A stretch of 63,577 nucleotides of DNA, the filler included, from Dugesia japonica (taxonomy: Eukaryota), in assembly GCA_001938525.1 (NCBI GenBank). It is 6 parts of 6 records of this genome, joined end to end, with 100 filler letters (N's around TTAATTAATTAA, not from the genome) between each part and the next. Parts side by side here need not be neighbours in the genome. Positions count along the whole stretch, not along the records: positions 8,963 to 17,326 come from MQRL01632470.1; positions 17,427 to 27,021 come from MQRL01613791.1; 4 more parts are not named here. One strand, written 5' to 3'. Below the pieces are notes generated by a model. It saw only the letters and a program-made list of their open reading frames with translations. It ran no database searches and was not told the DNA's origin. The translations under genes and the position numbers were made by a program. This document shows, piece after piece, positions 12,859-27,121 of this stretch. Each line of letters begins with the position of its first letter. Position 1 is the first letter of the stretch.

Positions 12859-15800
12859 GAAGCGGATCAGTTTATTATTTGTCATTTTAATACATATTGC
12901 AAATTTTCTTTGTATTTCAACTGAACAATGAGTACTTAAATTCAACTCAAGTCGTATTCCATATTCAAAGAATTGTTTGACTGGATGGAAATCATGATTA
13001 TAATAGACATAAGTACTCCATATCGGTTAAAAAAAATCAATAGACTTGGTTATATAAAGTTTTCCGTAATTTCTGTTGCTAAACGTGTTTCTACATTATT
13101 AGTCAAGTTTCATCTTTATCATATTTGAAGAACAGAAACTTAATTTTAACACGATAATCTTGTAAAATTAACAAATCCAGTAATATCATGTATATATGTA
13201 TAAATATCAAAAGAAAAGTAAATATTGAAGAAACAATAACAATAAAACACGAAACATTTAATCTGGTGATCTTTGAAAATCTGATTAAAGGGAAAATAAA
13301 TTACAAATTGAAAGCATTATCATTTTCATTTATGATAGTAAATCAATATTTTGTATGCTTTACTCATTTGTTCAAAAATTATGAACATAATCACAGTGTT
13401 TGAGCCGATTTTAAGAAAATAAGGAACAAAACCTTTCCATAAACTAAGAATACCTTCATTTTTAAATATTCTGTAAAAGACATTCTAAAGTAGAAACATA
13501 ATAATACTATTAGACAATTTCCATTACCCAACAACTGGAATATTCTGGTATACCATTTATAATTCTCATATTTTGAATTCTTGTTTTAATGATGTCAACA
13601 GGCATAGATATTATTGCTGTATTTAATCCACTGATCATACTAGCGAGAAAATGTAAAAGAATACCATCGGCTAACAAATCTGAGTAAATATTTGAAAAAT
13701 ATAAAATTATTTTTTATTATATCAATAATTTAAATGTTTTTGATGCATTATCAATTGATCAAATGAAATTCTTCAACTTGCAAAAATCAAACCAGAAAAA
13801 AAAACAATTTTGATCTTTGCNNNNNNNNNNNNNNNNNNNNNNNNNNNNNNNNNNNNNNNNNNNNNNNNNNNNNNNNNNNNNNNNNNNAAAAAAAAATTTG
13901 TTAAACTTTTTTTTATTAATTTATAAATTAATGAAATTTATAAATTGCTGTAAATTATTTTATGATAGATTTTTATAATTAAAATCTTTTAAAAATTATA
14001 TTATAGTAAAATTTGTTTTTAAAGATTTTAAAATGAATAATAATTAATTAATTGATAATTTGTTTAAATATTATAAATAAATCCTCTTTTAAAATATATG
14101 TGAATATAAAACCAAACTTGTAATAATTAAAAATTTTTATGGAAGACTTTGAAAATATTAATTTAATTAATATAAAGAAAATGTTGACAATTAAATTTTT
14201 ATTTTTATCGTTTTAAGCTTGAAAATCCTATTTTCATTTTTAGTCATGTTAGAAAATATTTCGAAAAAGAGTTTAGTGTTGACAATTCGNTAAATTTGTC
14301 ACATCAACAACAAACTAAAGTTGTTTTATCGTTATTACTGTATCATTAATATTATAAATTAAATTAGATTAAATCAAATTAATTTCAATTTGATTTTATT
14401 CAATGAAGTAATTAATTAAATTTAATTTTTATTAAATATTTAAACTGAAAATTTTGATAATTAATCTATTGATCAATTACATTCTATCGGCTTGTGATTA
14501 TAAAATTTCGTATTGCAAAAAATATGAAATAAAATGGGGGGGGGTGATTTTTAAAGAAATGTATGTATATTTTTTCAATTTAATATGCAAAAAAATAATG
14601 TAAAAATATAGAACTAAAATAAGAAAAGATAAACTACGTTTCAAATAGTTAAACAATTAAAAAATTTGTTTAATTTTTTTGGCTAAAGAGCAGAATGAAG
14701 TTGAATAATGCATTAGAATGAGAATATTGCATAGCACAAATGAGACATAAATTATCAACGGACTTGGAAACTAAATTGCGTACGAAGATAAAAATAATAG
14801 AATGAATAAAATATAGGACAATGTAAGTAGAAAACCAAGAATTCAAAAAATGAAAAAGGAAATCAAAAGCGAGAGAGTAAAAATTTCATATCATCGAAAA
14901 AATGAATATCATTAAACATTCAGAATGGAACAGTAAAACTGGAACAGAAAGAAATCAACAAAATAAAGTTTAAAATAATAAATAAAAATTAACCAAAAAA
15001 CGTGAGATTAAACTATGAAGGCGCAAGAAGTGAAAAACTACAAACAAATATTCGAGAAAGAAAGAAAATAATTTAATTATTCAAAATTTAAAATGAAGTT
15101 TAGTAAAAGTGGTAAACAAAGCAACATCAATAAAATGAGAAAAAATTAATTTAATTTGATATAGTAAATTATTTAATAGAAGAACAAATCGGAAAATTAA
15201 TAGTTTTCTGATACAGGATGAAAATGAATATAAAATAAGTAATTAAGTTGATTAATTTAATTANNNNNNNNNNNNNNNNNNNNNNNNNNNNNNNNNNNNN
15301 NNNNNNNNNNNNNATTAATTAAGAAAGTTGAACAATGATCCACCAAAAGAAATAATAATTAAGAATAGAAAATAATAGAATAAAAAATTCAAAACTAACA
15401 ATAATAATTTATCTATTTGATGGCAGTAAATAAATTTATATTAAAAATAATTAATTTTGTAGGAGAAAAAATAAGAGGCTTAAGTAAAAATTGAGTAGAA
15501 ANNNNNNNNNNNNNNNNNNNNNNNNNNNNNNNNNNNNNNNNNNNNNNNNNNNNNNNNNNNNNNNNNNNNNNNNNNTAACGTTACTAAAACTATTCGATAA
15601 AATAATAAGTAGTCACAATTTTCGTTTCAATCAATCGTTAGATTTGGTGTGTGCAATTAAATTCTCACATGTAATGCATATTTATTATTAAAATCAATCG
15701 AAAATTTTCAATTATCAAATACAGCATTGATAGTGAATATCAAATATTATAAAATTGTCAAACATTACCCTGCAGATAGGATTTCAATGTTATGTTTGTT

Positions 15801-17326
15801 TTCAGTCAATGTGACTATATTTATTTATTCTTTTGGGCAATTTCTTAATGGTAAATATTGTGAGAATGGTTTTTGAGTTTGGTTTCGAACTGTGTTTAAC
15901 GAGTTCATTATTGATAATATAACAATTCTAATCAATAATAATTCTTGTAATTATAACATTTTATTAACTTTATNTTTTTAAGTAATGCTGTTATCATTTA
16001 TCATAACGAGTCTGCCTTTAATAATTTAAAAAAATAACACATCTAACTTAGTGTGCTCATAACTTAGTGTCATATTCTGAGTCATAGACAGGTAATAAAA
16101 TTTTTGTAAAAATATCAACAATTTAGTATTAGTAGCCTTAACAATTATAATATAAGGAATAATAATAGTACAAAAAAAATCTCTCAGCGTTCCGAGATTG
16201 AAAGGGAATCGTGAATACTGATAGAACTGGAGCCATCCACACTATATCAAGAATTGAGAACAGGGACACGATTCAATTCTTGTGAGTATAAAAGGAATAC
16301 CAAAGACGTGAATTAATCAAATAAAGATATTTAATAATGATCCTTCAGGAATCCTAACAAATTAAGTTATTTAAATATCACTGTTAGATGAGTTTGGAGA
16401 ACTCATCTGATCATTAATATCACAATTCAACTCCATAGGAAAATTTATTCAAAACAAAAACTATGCTAACATTATTTGTTTATTCAAACAAATTAAAATC
16501 CCGTGTTTTAATTGATGATCATTTTTCCAAATTATTTAAAATTTATTTTAATTTATTTAAAAAATTTTACTTTATTATTCAATCGTCATTTTTAAAATTT
16601 AAAACAAAATTTTCGTTCACTTAGAAATTTTTATTTATTAATTAACCGAATTTTCGTTTACTCAAAAATTTTAATTTATTATTAAAACCAAATATTTGTT
16701 ATTTAAATTTTTCATCAATAATTNAAATCTTTCTTTTAAATAAGAGATTTTAAGAAAAATGATCAGCAATCACACAAAATTTTCAGCACAAAAATTAATC
16801 AATTGAAAAGTAAATAATTAAAATTAACTTACAGTAGATTTTCAATTATCCAACACTCAAGTATTTGAAGAAACTAAAAATCTTTAAAATTTAAAATCTG
16901 TCTTATTTTCCAAAAATTGGGAAAGTTTACTTAGAAAACGTTAAAAAAGACCGGGTCAAAAAAATTTATTTAACGAAATGCACAGATATAAAAAAAACTA
17001 ATAAAAATTTAGCAATGTAAATTAATTTAGTCTTTATTTTACCAGATCAGAGCACAAGCCTAAATGAGTTATAGATTTATGATTGAACATATTTATAACT
17101 TTATGAGATTGAGATACTACTTATATATTTAAAATATTCTTAATAGCATTTTCAATTGAGAATTTAAATTTTTTGAAGACTTCGGAATAAGGTATTGATA
17201 AAACAATTTTAGGATTTGTTTAATTGTAAAAAAAACATTTTATTAAATGGATTAAATAAAATTATTAAATAATTATTATTAATTATTAATTAATTATAAT
17301 TATTAATTAATTATAATTATTAATTA

Positions 17327-17426
17327 NNNNNNNNNNNNNNNNNNNNNNNNNNNNNNNNNNNNNNNNNNNNTTAATTAATTAANNNNNNNNNNNNNNNNNN
17401 NNNNNNNNNNNNNNNNNNNNNNNNNN
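17327..17426. other. Artificial scaffold linker
   Basis: N44-TTAATTAATTAA-N44. Confidence 0.95.
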
Positions 17427-18031
17427 CAATGCGCTAGATTTCAATGTTGGTAATATTTTTCTATTATTAGCTATAACATCTTGAGCAATTTTCATACCAA
17501 AACTACCAATACGTTTAAGAATAAGAAGCGCAAATCTACCTATTGTTCGCAACTAGCCGGAACCATACTGTTTTTCTACAAAGTAAGGCAATTCTCCACC
17601 TGCTTGGCTACTACTATAGATGAACATTTGTTGATGCAACTTAATTATTTTCGGATTTCTAATACCTTGGATTAAATCATTCTTCATATCTACAGGTGAA
17701 TATTGTGGTTTTTCTAATCCCAATGTTTTTGTCAAGACTTTATCGAATGTAACAGTTTTGATATTTTCTTTTAGCGAGAATTGAAAAAAATTATTTGCTT
17801 TGAGACTAATCTTAAATCGTTCAGAACCGCTTTCTGTTAAACATTTATTTAATTCTTTAATTTCTGTTATGTATAGTTCATCTTTCAACTGTATAGTATG
17901 ATTAATTACTTGAGGATATTCTATTTTAAATTTTACATTTTCTATTGGAGAATTTTCATTAAATAAAGTAAAGTAAATACGAAGAACTTTGTTATTCTCT
18001 CTGTGATTCTTATTAAAGTATCCTAATTTAC
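17427..18031 (-). mobile_element. Fragment of a second Polinton/Maverick: minor-capsid-like segment running into a small basic QxGGxLP..QxGxG protein
   Basis: Translation ...VTFDKVLTKTLGL...QQMFIYS resembles the Maverick minor capsid middle region; it continues as SQAGGELPYFVEKQYGSG*LRTIGRFALLILKRIGSFGMKIAQDVI, resembling the small amphipathic Maverick protein (QxGGGLPVF..QRGxG..F..A.P.LK). Recognised by eye. Confidence 0.6.
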
Positions 18032-18099
18032 NNNNNNNNNNNNNNNNNNNNNNNNNNNNNNNNNNNNNNNNNNNNNNNNNNNNNNNNNNNNNNNNNNNN

Positions 18100-20300
18100 T
18101 CACGTATAGCAACATGATCATTTTGATTGACACTCAACAACTTTTCTTTATGATTAATTGTTATAGTCACTTCCCAGGACATTTCAATGTCCTCACTATC
18201 GTCTCGCACCTTTTTGGTGGTAACGACGGAGCGATTTCGTGAAACACTCACTGAATGCCAATAAGAGAGTCATTAGCTGTGGAATTATAAAACATTAAAA
18301 AAGATATCAATAAATTAGCATCATAATCTCAATAAAAACTCCTCCGGCGAAAATAGTTATCATAATAGTTTAATTTGTTAATCTTGAAAACGTGTATTAA
18401 CTAAGTAAATATATAAACCGATTAGGGCGACGAAGATTTATTAAGCCATAAAATAAAAAAACTCGAAAACTAGTTATTGGAGTTCCTAACGCTCCATAAA
18501 TAATCATATATAAAATCGCCCATCTCAGACGGGATAGGAGATAATGGCATTGATGCAATGGGCGAGAGGTTATGCTCGGGGCCTGTCCAGTTTTAATAGG
18601 TCTGTCGCCCTATTGCGTCGCATTATCTCTCGTAATCAGCGTTTTCTAGAGGCAAATTAGATCGGGCCACTAAACCCCCAGCGTCCTGATCGTAAGGATT
18701 TGTAAACCGCTTAAACACCATACGGCTGGTATGTCGATCCAATACTAGAGACCAACGATATTCTGTCACAGCAAGATAAAATCAATATAAACACATTCAA
18801 GGAAATGAAGTGTATGAAATATGTAGTCTTAATTAAAGGAAGGCACAAGACTTAGTTAATGACGACACGATAAGAAAATTAAATTAATAACTTCATATAT
18901 TTAAAGAAACCAGGCACTAATTAAAATTAAAAGATTTTTTTAGAGAAACAACACTAATGAACAAGAATATTGATTAAGGTTCTAAATCCAAATCCACTAT
19001 GTTCGACTGTGGCAATAGGAATAATTCCTCGAAACAGATTAAATCCCTTTCATCTGGGAACAATATCTGGTATGAAGCCAAAATATGTCCTATTAGTGGT
19101 TTCTGCCGGGACCTCTCCCTTTCTTGACGAATAAATTTCAACGAAACTTTCAAAAGACTNGACATTATGCTAGACATATCGAATTAAATAAGGAATACTA
19201 ACAAGTTAGTGAATTCAAATTGGCCATTCTATAACCCACTATTAATGATGGTAACCAATATAATAAGAGAATTCTAAAAATGTGTCCCTTAACAAGACTC
19301 TCTTGGATGGTAATAATTGTTTGATCTATTTTCGAGGTACGGAACCCGTTATTTAAAATAAAACAGTATTGTCAGGATACCACCACTACTAGCCGAACTT
19401 ATTGATCTTATCGAGACGACCATTATCCATAATTTTATTCTATAATAGTAAAGTTTCTGACGTTGTTGTTCATTGCGCGGTAGAAAATTAAATCCCAGCT
19501 GGTAATAATTTATGTTTGTGAAACCCACCATAATGGTCGTCCTAGTGATCGTCAGGATGGGAACTAGTATTAATAGAAACAATAAGGGTAGTAATAGCAT
19601 TATCAGCAACTTTTAGTTTGATTTATTGTTAATAACAATAATCACGATAATAATGGTAATAATGACTGTATCAACATTAAAAATGATGAGAATAAATATT
19701 ATAATAATCATCATAATAATAGCATTAGTATAAAGCAACTAAAATAGTAAACAAAATAACGAAAATAGGAGCATAACGCGGTCATCGAGAACAGATAGTG
19801 TACTAATAGTAAAATTACTGTTAGGGGCCACAACACGACTAGAGACAACAATGTTAATAATTAATGATAATAATAATAATAATAATGAAGTGACAGTTCA
19901 TCATAATCATATTAATAATGTAATAATAATAATAGTTATAATTATGATAATTAAAATGTCAATAATAATAATACCAATAAGAATAGTAATCCTAAATATA
20001 TTTTATGGTAACCACTGTGTTAACCGAAATCGGCATTAGTCTCAGAATCAAGTATATATCGATTGGCTGATGAGTACAAAGCTTTCATTGATATAACGTA
20101 TTCGGTGGAATTACCTCTGTGATTAAATTTATCACTCACAGCTGCAGTTGAAACTTCAATTTCCTAATTATTTGTGAAATCTAGTTAATGTTAGTTAATG
20201 ACTAACAATGAGTAACAGTCCCAAGATGTTATTTCTGGCTTGTGTGTGCAGCCACTGAAATCAATCATACGGGGATGTGTGTAATTCATTGATTTATAGT
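18100..20300 (+). mobile_element. Possible 5' part of a degenerate LTR retrotransposon (LTR end, PBS, gag-like low-complexity region)
   Basis: PBS-like TGGTGGTAACGACGG at 18215, then GC-richer sequence and an AAT-rich low-complexity tract; no intact ORF. Confidence 0.35.
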
Positions 20301-21639
20301 ATTTTAATTTCCGTGATACATGGCTTATTTACAACAATATTCCGTTATCGTCGTCTGGAATCCTTTTCCCTCTTTTTTGATCAATAATCAATAACATCTG
20401 TGGTTGTTTATGGAGTCGAATGTAATTACGAAATGGAGATCCTATTTGATCGCAAACTTTTCTCTTACAGGTAATATTAATGATAATTAAATAAAGTGTT
20501 TCATTGTTTAATAGTGAGGTGTGACAACACGATAGAAATAAAAAAACAAATTCCGAATCGTTTACGATGAGAATTTCACTAATTACTTTCAAGGAAAGGC
20601 CATGAGCAACTGAAAACCAGTTATTACAACGTTTATACGAATGCTGGAATTATTTCTTAACGAAGATAGTTTCATCAATTCCCGTTCATCGGCCATGTAA
20701 AATCACTTTTAATAAAAATTGAACTCGTTATACTGTGTATTATTATTCTAGTGATTAAAGAATCTTTATAAGGTTCGAAATTTTATTTTAATCAAAACAT
20801 ATTTTAGTTATAACATCAACAATAATTTTACTTTCAAAAATTGATGATTTTTTGCAAACGTTACAATGTTAATCCGAATAAGTCGTTTTTTGAATAGTGT
20901 AACTTCCAATAAAATTTTCTTTCTTTCACCATAGATTTCGTAGTTCAATTTAGTAACAGAGTTGTTATTATAATAAAACAGTTGTTATTATAATAAAACA
21001 GAGTTGTTATATTCAATTTTAATAAATTTGAGGGTAATTTTCGTCCAAAATATAGGTTATTACTGACAACCCGACTTTCACCGTATTGGTCCCTATTTTT
21101 GTTTTCTGTTTTTTTGATGTTTCATTGGTGCCAACTCCAAAATTCCTAAATTTTCTATGATTCTCTTTGTTTTCTATTGGTGTCTATTTTTGGACACCTT
21201 CTGACTTTTTTGTCTTTATCTTTACTCATTTTCTTGCCTTACCATTATCCCAGGCCTTGAAACTTTTTTTCCAACCCTTCTTCAGATATTGTTATATTTT
21301 TCTTTCCACCATTGGATTTCTCTTGTCCGGGCCTCCCTGGTTTTTCTTGTCCCGATGTTTTTGGACCATCCGCTGCAACGTTATCCTCCTTTTTCTGATT
21401 TCTGACGTAATTAAATTCTTTTCCTGTAATAATTAATTAATTTTTCTTTCTTAATTTCTGCTTTTATTTTTGATAATTTGATTTATTTAAATATTCTGGT
21501 AACTTCTTAATTATGGATATTTTTCTGTTATTTTTACCATTATCCTTTCTTATTTTCTTTATATTTTTTCTAGTTTCCAGATCTTCTTGTAATTTCTTAA
21601 ATAATTAATCCATCATAAATCTTTTCAAAATTGAGACTA

Positions 21640-22460
21640 TTATTGATCGATCCATATTTGAGATTTCACCAATTATGATTTCATTTCCTTAAACTGTTTC
21701 TATTTTCATGACCGTGTTTCACCCCAACATATATTTTACAACGGGATTTTTGTTTATTTTAATATGATTCGACATTCTGGGTATGAACTCCTGTTTGAGG
21801 GTTAATAAAGTTCATTTTATGATTAACTGTCAGGTGTTCATATCTCAGTGTAGCAAGAGAACAATAAACTCTCCACCCATTACTATGGATAATGTTACCT
21901 GACAGCACTATCTGAGTAATTATTGTCAATAAAGTATAAGCTTTTCTATCAGGCACCACCTGCATAAATCTTTTAGTTGGAACATAAATGCAGTCTACAA
22001 TCCTAAATACGCATATTTGAGAATCTGAAAATCTTCTTCAATGATACTTTTGCGTATGACAAAATAGGTTTTCGTCAATTTTACATATAACACTTTCTCC
22101 TCCGAATTTAATTGAATGTCTCAGAAAATACTAGGAGACATAAGTTCCCAACAGTTTGAAGATCTTAATTAGGGTAGATGACGCGATCGACATCGATTTT
22201 TCAATATTAAAAATACTCTTTTCAACTGCTCATCGATACAAAATCTCCTACCAAGGTTTAAGATCAATTGTGTAACTACCAGAAAATGAAAACTTTCTTA
22301 TGGATTTTGTAGTCTTATAGTGACTACAATGTTAATTTTGGAAATTTCATACAAATCGATCTCTTATGAAACGGGTAATTCCTTCGATTTAAAGAACTGT
22401 ATAAGTTCTTTTAAACTTCCTCCTGGCAAGACTATTATCTTTTCCTCATAATAAGTAGAA
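21640..22460 (-). mobile_element. Decayed Merlin (IS1016/ISXO2-like) transposase
   Basis: GGESVICKIDENLF..KYH, VFRIVD, MQVVPDRKAYTL, IIHSNGWRVY (cf. SDGWxAY), HLTVNHKMNFINPQTGVHTQNVESY (cf. VHTQxIESxW). Confidence 0.9.
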
Positions 22461-22704
22461 ATATTGATTTCTATTTATAATTACCATCTATAATAACAAA
22501 TCATTTATAATAATTTTTAAATCACGTGTTAAAAATATTAAATTAATATAAAATTAAAATAACACTAAAAAATACATAAAAAGTTTGACACAAAAATTAA
22601 ACATGTAGTAATTTAGAAATAATAAGTAAAAATAAATAAAAGAAAACAAACTAAAAAGTAGGGGAAAGGAGGACGCGAAGACAAAGGGGGGTAAGGGCGT
22701 AACC

Positions 22705-23221
22705 GTTACCATGACAACAGTCGCAGAACCCTGATCGCGACGGTAATTGCGAGCGTTTCTATGGCAACCGTATTGAAACCGTGATCAATACCGTTTCAAT
22801 GGAAACCAATCGAGATATGGATTTTTTATTTTGCGCGGTAACTAAGGGCAATAGTGCGCAGAGAATTATTGCATAATGTGTATCTAAAGTAGCCGTATAT
22901 CAGGCAACTATTGCCATGGCAATCAAAATTTTTTTAATATTTTTTTTGAATTTTTTCTGAAAAAATAAAAAAAAAATTTTAAATCTTTGAAAGTTTTAAA
23001 ATATGAAAAGATTTAGAAAAATATTTCAAGTCTAATGATAGTTTTATGAATTTTTTCTAAAGAATACCGGTGACGATATAACTTTTCAAAGTTCCTGTCC
23101 TCGCGACCTCCAAAGTTTTTAGGTGACTTACCATATATTTTTTTGAGAAATTATTTTTGTAATAGAATATAGATTTTTATCTGACCTTGAAAACCAAGAA
23201 TGGGGCGGTTGTCCTGGTAAC
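22705..23221. promoter_or_regulatory. Cluster of RFX X-box-like 14-bp imperfect palindromes
   Basis: GTTACCATGACAAC 22705, GTTTCTATGGCAAC 22755, GTTTCAATGGAAAC 22793, ATTGCCATGGCAAT 22910, GTTGTCCTGGTAAC 23208. Function not shown. Confidence 0.45.
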
Positions 23222-23329
23222 GTGCAAAGATATTTTTTCATCGATTTTTCCACACAACTAAGAGGAATAAAGTCGCGCTGATTGCTGAACTATCTGTACC
23301 TTTTGTGCCATATGGTATAGTTCAAGAAT

Positions 23330-24280
23330 TCCAGTGGATATGCGAAAATACTATTAGAAGTGGGATAATGCCAGTAGATAATGAGAGAATACAAGTGGAT
23401 AGTGAGAGAAGACTAATGGGGATAGTGAGAGAAGACCTATGAATAATGAAAAGATATCAGTGTGGTGTGGGGAAAAGTCAGTAAGTGATTATGAAAAGTA
23501 AATAAAATTAGTCACTTTAAGAGAAGATCATTTCAGAGTGGGAAAATACCAGTGGATAGTGTGAGAAGAGCAGTGGAGGGGAAGAATACTAGTAGACAGT
23601 GAGAGAAGACCTGTAGATAGTGAGAGAAGATCAGTAGAGAGTGTGAGAAGAGCAGTGGATAGTGAGTGAATATTAGTGGATATTGGTAGAATACCAGTGG
23701 ATAGTGAGAGAAGACCTATGTAGAGAGAGAATATCAGTAATAAGTGAGAGAATACTAGTGGATGGTGTCAGAAGATCTGCAGACAGTGAGAGAATACCAT
23801 AAGATATTGGAATAATACTAGTGGATTGTGAGCGATTAGTAATGGATAGTGACAAAAGAGCTGTATGGATGGGAGAAGATCAGTAAAGAATTGTAAAAAA
23901 CCAGTGAATATTGAGAGAATATAAGTGGAGAGTAGAGATTACCTGTGGATAGTAGCAGAAGACCTGTATCGAGTGTGAGTAGATCAGTGGAGAGGTAAAG
24001 AATACCAGGAGAAGTGGTTGAAGACCAGTAGACAGTCAGAGAAGATCTGTAGAGAGTAATAGAATACTAGTAGAGTAAGGGAATACTAGTGTGGAGTAGA
24101 AGAAAGTCAGTGACTGTGACAGAAGACCATCTAAGAGTGAGAGTAATAAAGTAGGTGTGAGAGAAAACATGTGAAATGTAGTTGAAAGCTAGTAATAATG
24201 AGAAAAGACCAACGAAAAGTGAGAAAAAACTGTTAAGAAAGTTAGAGGACCTATGAAGAGAGAGGGGAAAAACAGTAAAT
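23330..24280. repeat. Degenerate ~21-bp purine-rich minisatellite
   Basis: Many diverged copies of approximately GAATACCAGTGGATAGTGAGA. Confidence 0.85.
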
Positions 24281-24339
24281 ACTTATACTGTTCGGCGATC
24301 ACATGATCATAATATTGGCCCGTGAAAATTCACATTGAT

Positions 24340-24535
24340 ATAACCCATGAGATGTTACCATTTCCATTGATATTATCATTAATATTGCCTGGGGGATGTT
24401 AACGTCAATATTAATTTTGTCTGGGAGATATTAACATTAATATTGATATTGCCCGAGGATGTTAACATAAATATGGCCCCGGGATGTAAACATTAACATT
24501 AATCTTAACATTAATATTCTCCAGGGCAACATCTA
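24340..24535. repeat. Short degenerate tandem repeat (ATATTGCCC...GATGTTAACATT)
   Basis: About 5-6 diverged units. Confidence 0.6.
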
Positions 24536-24659
24536 ATATAATAGGAATAGTAAGTCTTTGTGTATATAATGTTTAGGATGTTCTCTGGTTTTATAAGAGT
24601 TTTATTATTAGAAATGTCTACGGTTTTATAGAATTATACATATTCTTTAGGGTTAATGT

Positions 24660-26020
24660 AAACTTTACATTAAATCATATACATTTTAAAGCCAATACAT
24701 AAAAAACTATAATATTTCACATTAAAATTGCATTTAATCACACAAAATGTCTAAGTTAACTCATGAAAATTTCTAAATCAACACATAAAGGTATAATCCA
24801 TTGCACAAATTATAATCCATCACACAAAACTTTTACTTAACTCATGAAAATTAAAACTCCACACATGAAGATCACATAGAAATCATTAAAAAGGTTCATA
24901 AATTACAGAAGTAATCAATAACTTTCAAATTTATCGAAACATTGCATAGAAGTCAATAAAGATTTTCAAAGATTTACTAGAAGTCAATTGAAGTCTTGAA
25001 AGATTACATAGAAGTCGTTAAAATTACCATTCATCATGCCAAATTGCATTCCGTCAAACAAAATTAACACTCAAGATGTAATGATTTTAAGCCAACACAC
25101 AAAAATTACATTTCATCACACTAAAACTGTAATTCAACGCAATGAAATTATATTTCATTACACAAATTGTAAATCAACACAAAAAAGTATAATCTATACA
25201 CTAAAATTATTTTAATCACACAAAATTTTAAGACATCTCATAAAACTTCTAAGCCAAAGCTTAAAATGTCTAATTCAGCACATGATTTCTAGTTTGTTAC
25301 AAAGAATTTCTCAGTCAACAGATAAAAATTCTAACCAACAAGTTAAACTTATAATCTGTAACACTAAAAAATATAGTTCATCACATTGAAATTTCTAAGT
25401 CAACGCTTTAAAATTATAATCTGTCACATTTATATTACAATCCATCACACAGAATTTTAACACATTACACAAAAATTACATTCTATCTCACCAAAATTAC
25501 ATTCAATCACAGTAAAATTCTACGTAGTCATAAAACTTCTAAGCCATTAGATAAAAATTATAATTCATCATGTTAAAGTTATATAAAAGTCATTAAAATT
25601 ATCTTAAAATACACACAAGTCAATAAAACATTTCAAACATTGTATATTTCTGTTAAAAAGTTTTATAAATTACACAGAGATATTCAATAACATTCAAAAA
25701 TTACATAGAAAATAATAAAATTTCTAAGTCAGCAGATAAAAATTCAAACAAACAAGTGAAAATTATAATCTATCAGACTAAATATATAGTTCATCACATT
25801 GAAATTTCTAAGTCAACGTTTTAAAAGCACATTTCATCACATAAAATTCTAAAACAACACATAAAATTTTTAAGTCAACATGTAAAATATAGGATTCATT
25901 ATTGAAAATAAACATTTTAACATGGAAAATAATCACTTTGTCATATGAAATTATAGTTTTATCACAAACAATGATACTTCATCATAAAATATACAGGTAT
26001 CATCATGTTAAATACGCAAG
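24660..26020. repeat. Highly diverged A/C-rich minisatellite (AAAATTACATTCAATCACAC-like)
   Basis: Recurring AAAATT..AATC..CAC units, with a near-duplicate block at ~25310-25410 and ~25720-25825. Confidence 0.65.
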
Positions 26021-27021
26021 TCATTATAGAAAATTAGAGACAAAGACTAAGAGAGCGCGATCTAGTGCTGTCGCAAACTTGCCGGGCATAATCAACGCCT
26101 ATGTCGATCGAGAATGGGTGATCATAACTACTGTCCGCACCCTAAGCCTAGCATCGTAACCAGTTAGCAAAAATAGTCGAGCACGGAGTAACGAAATAAT
26201 CAACTTGTACAGTTAATTTAGTATTAATAAACATTTTATAATTACAATTATTGTGAGAATAATTGTTGAACTTAACCATTGATTGCATTTGAGATTTCAT
26301 TAAAATAAGATAAAGCTTCGATCAAAACAAAATTTATTGGTAAAAAAGTTCAAATTTTCGACAATAGTCTTCAAAGACTATCCAATTACAGAAACCAAGA
26401 CAAAACCTTTGTGGTCCCAAATGCATTTGTGATGGTAGAAATATATGNNNNNNNNNNNNNNNNNNNNNNNNNNNNNNNNNNNNNNNNNNNNNNNNNNNNN
26501 NNNNNNNNNNNNNNNNNNNNNNNNNNNNNNNNNNNNNNNNNNNNNNNNNNNNNNNNNNNNNNNNNNNNNNNNNNNNNNNNNNNNNNNNNNNNNNNNNNNN
26601 NNNNNNNNNNNNNNNNNNNNNNNNNNNNNNNNNNNNNNNNNNNNNNNNNNNNNNNNNNNNNNNNNNNNNNNNNNNAAATATTAATTAAAGAAGATAAACA
26701 TCAGATTAATGTAGTGTTCAACAATTACAATATTTGAAAAAAAATATTTTTGATTGAAAAAAAAAGTTTATATCAATATCTATAAATAATATTTTTAAAA
26801 TTAATATATTTTTCATATAAAAAATTTTAAAAAACGAAATAATATTAATTAAATATCATATTAATAATATTAATTAAATATATTAATTAGTTGTCCTAAT
26901 ACTAATTTTAAAGAAATTTTAAAAATTTTTAGTTCAGAAAAAAATTAATTTTATAATATTGTGTATAATTAGTTCATTTTTGAATGAATTTTAATAAAGA
27001 AATTTATAAAAAATAATATTT

Positions 27022-27121
27022 NNNNNNNNNNNNNNNNNNNNNNNNNNNNNNNNNNNNNNNNNNNNTTAATTAATTAANNNNNNNNNNNNNNNNNNNNNNN
27101 NNNNNNNNNNNNNNNNNNNNN
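27022..27121. other. Artificial scaffold linker
   Basis: N44-TTAATTAATTAA-N44; truncates the left end of the Polinton. Confidence 0.95.

Noticed and set aside
18100-18251. N-terminus of track ORF 17553-18251
   Set aside because: Joined only through an N gap; this part looks like LTR/PBS sequence on the opposite strand.
19620-20040. Asn/Ile-rich ORF
   Set aside because: AAT low-complexity tract with stops in the flanking frames; no independent evidence of a gene.
26411-26737. ORFs made mostly of X
   Set aside because: Artefacts of N gaps.
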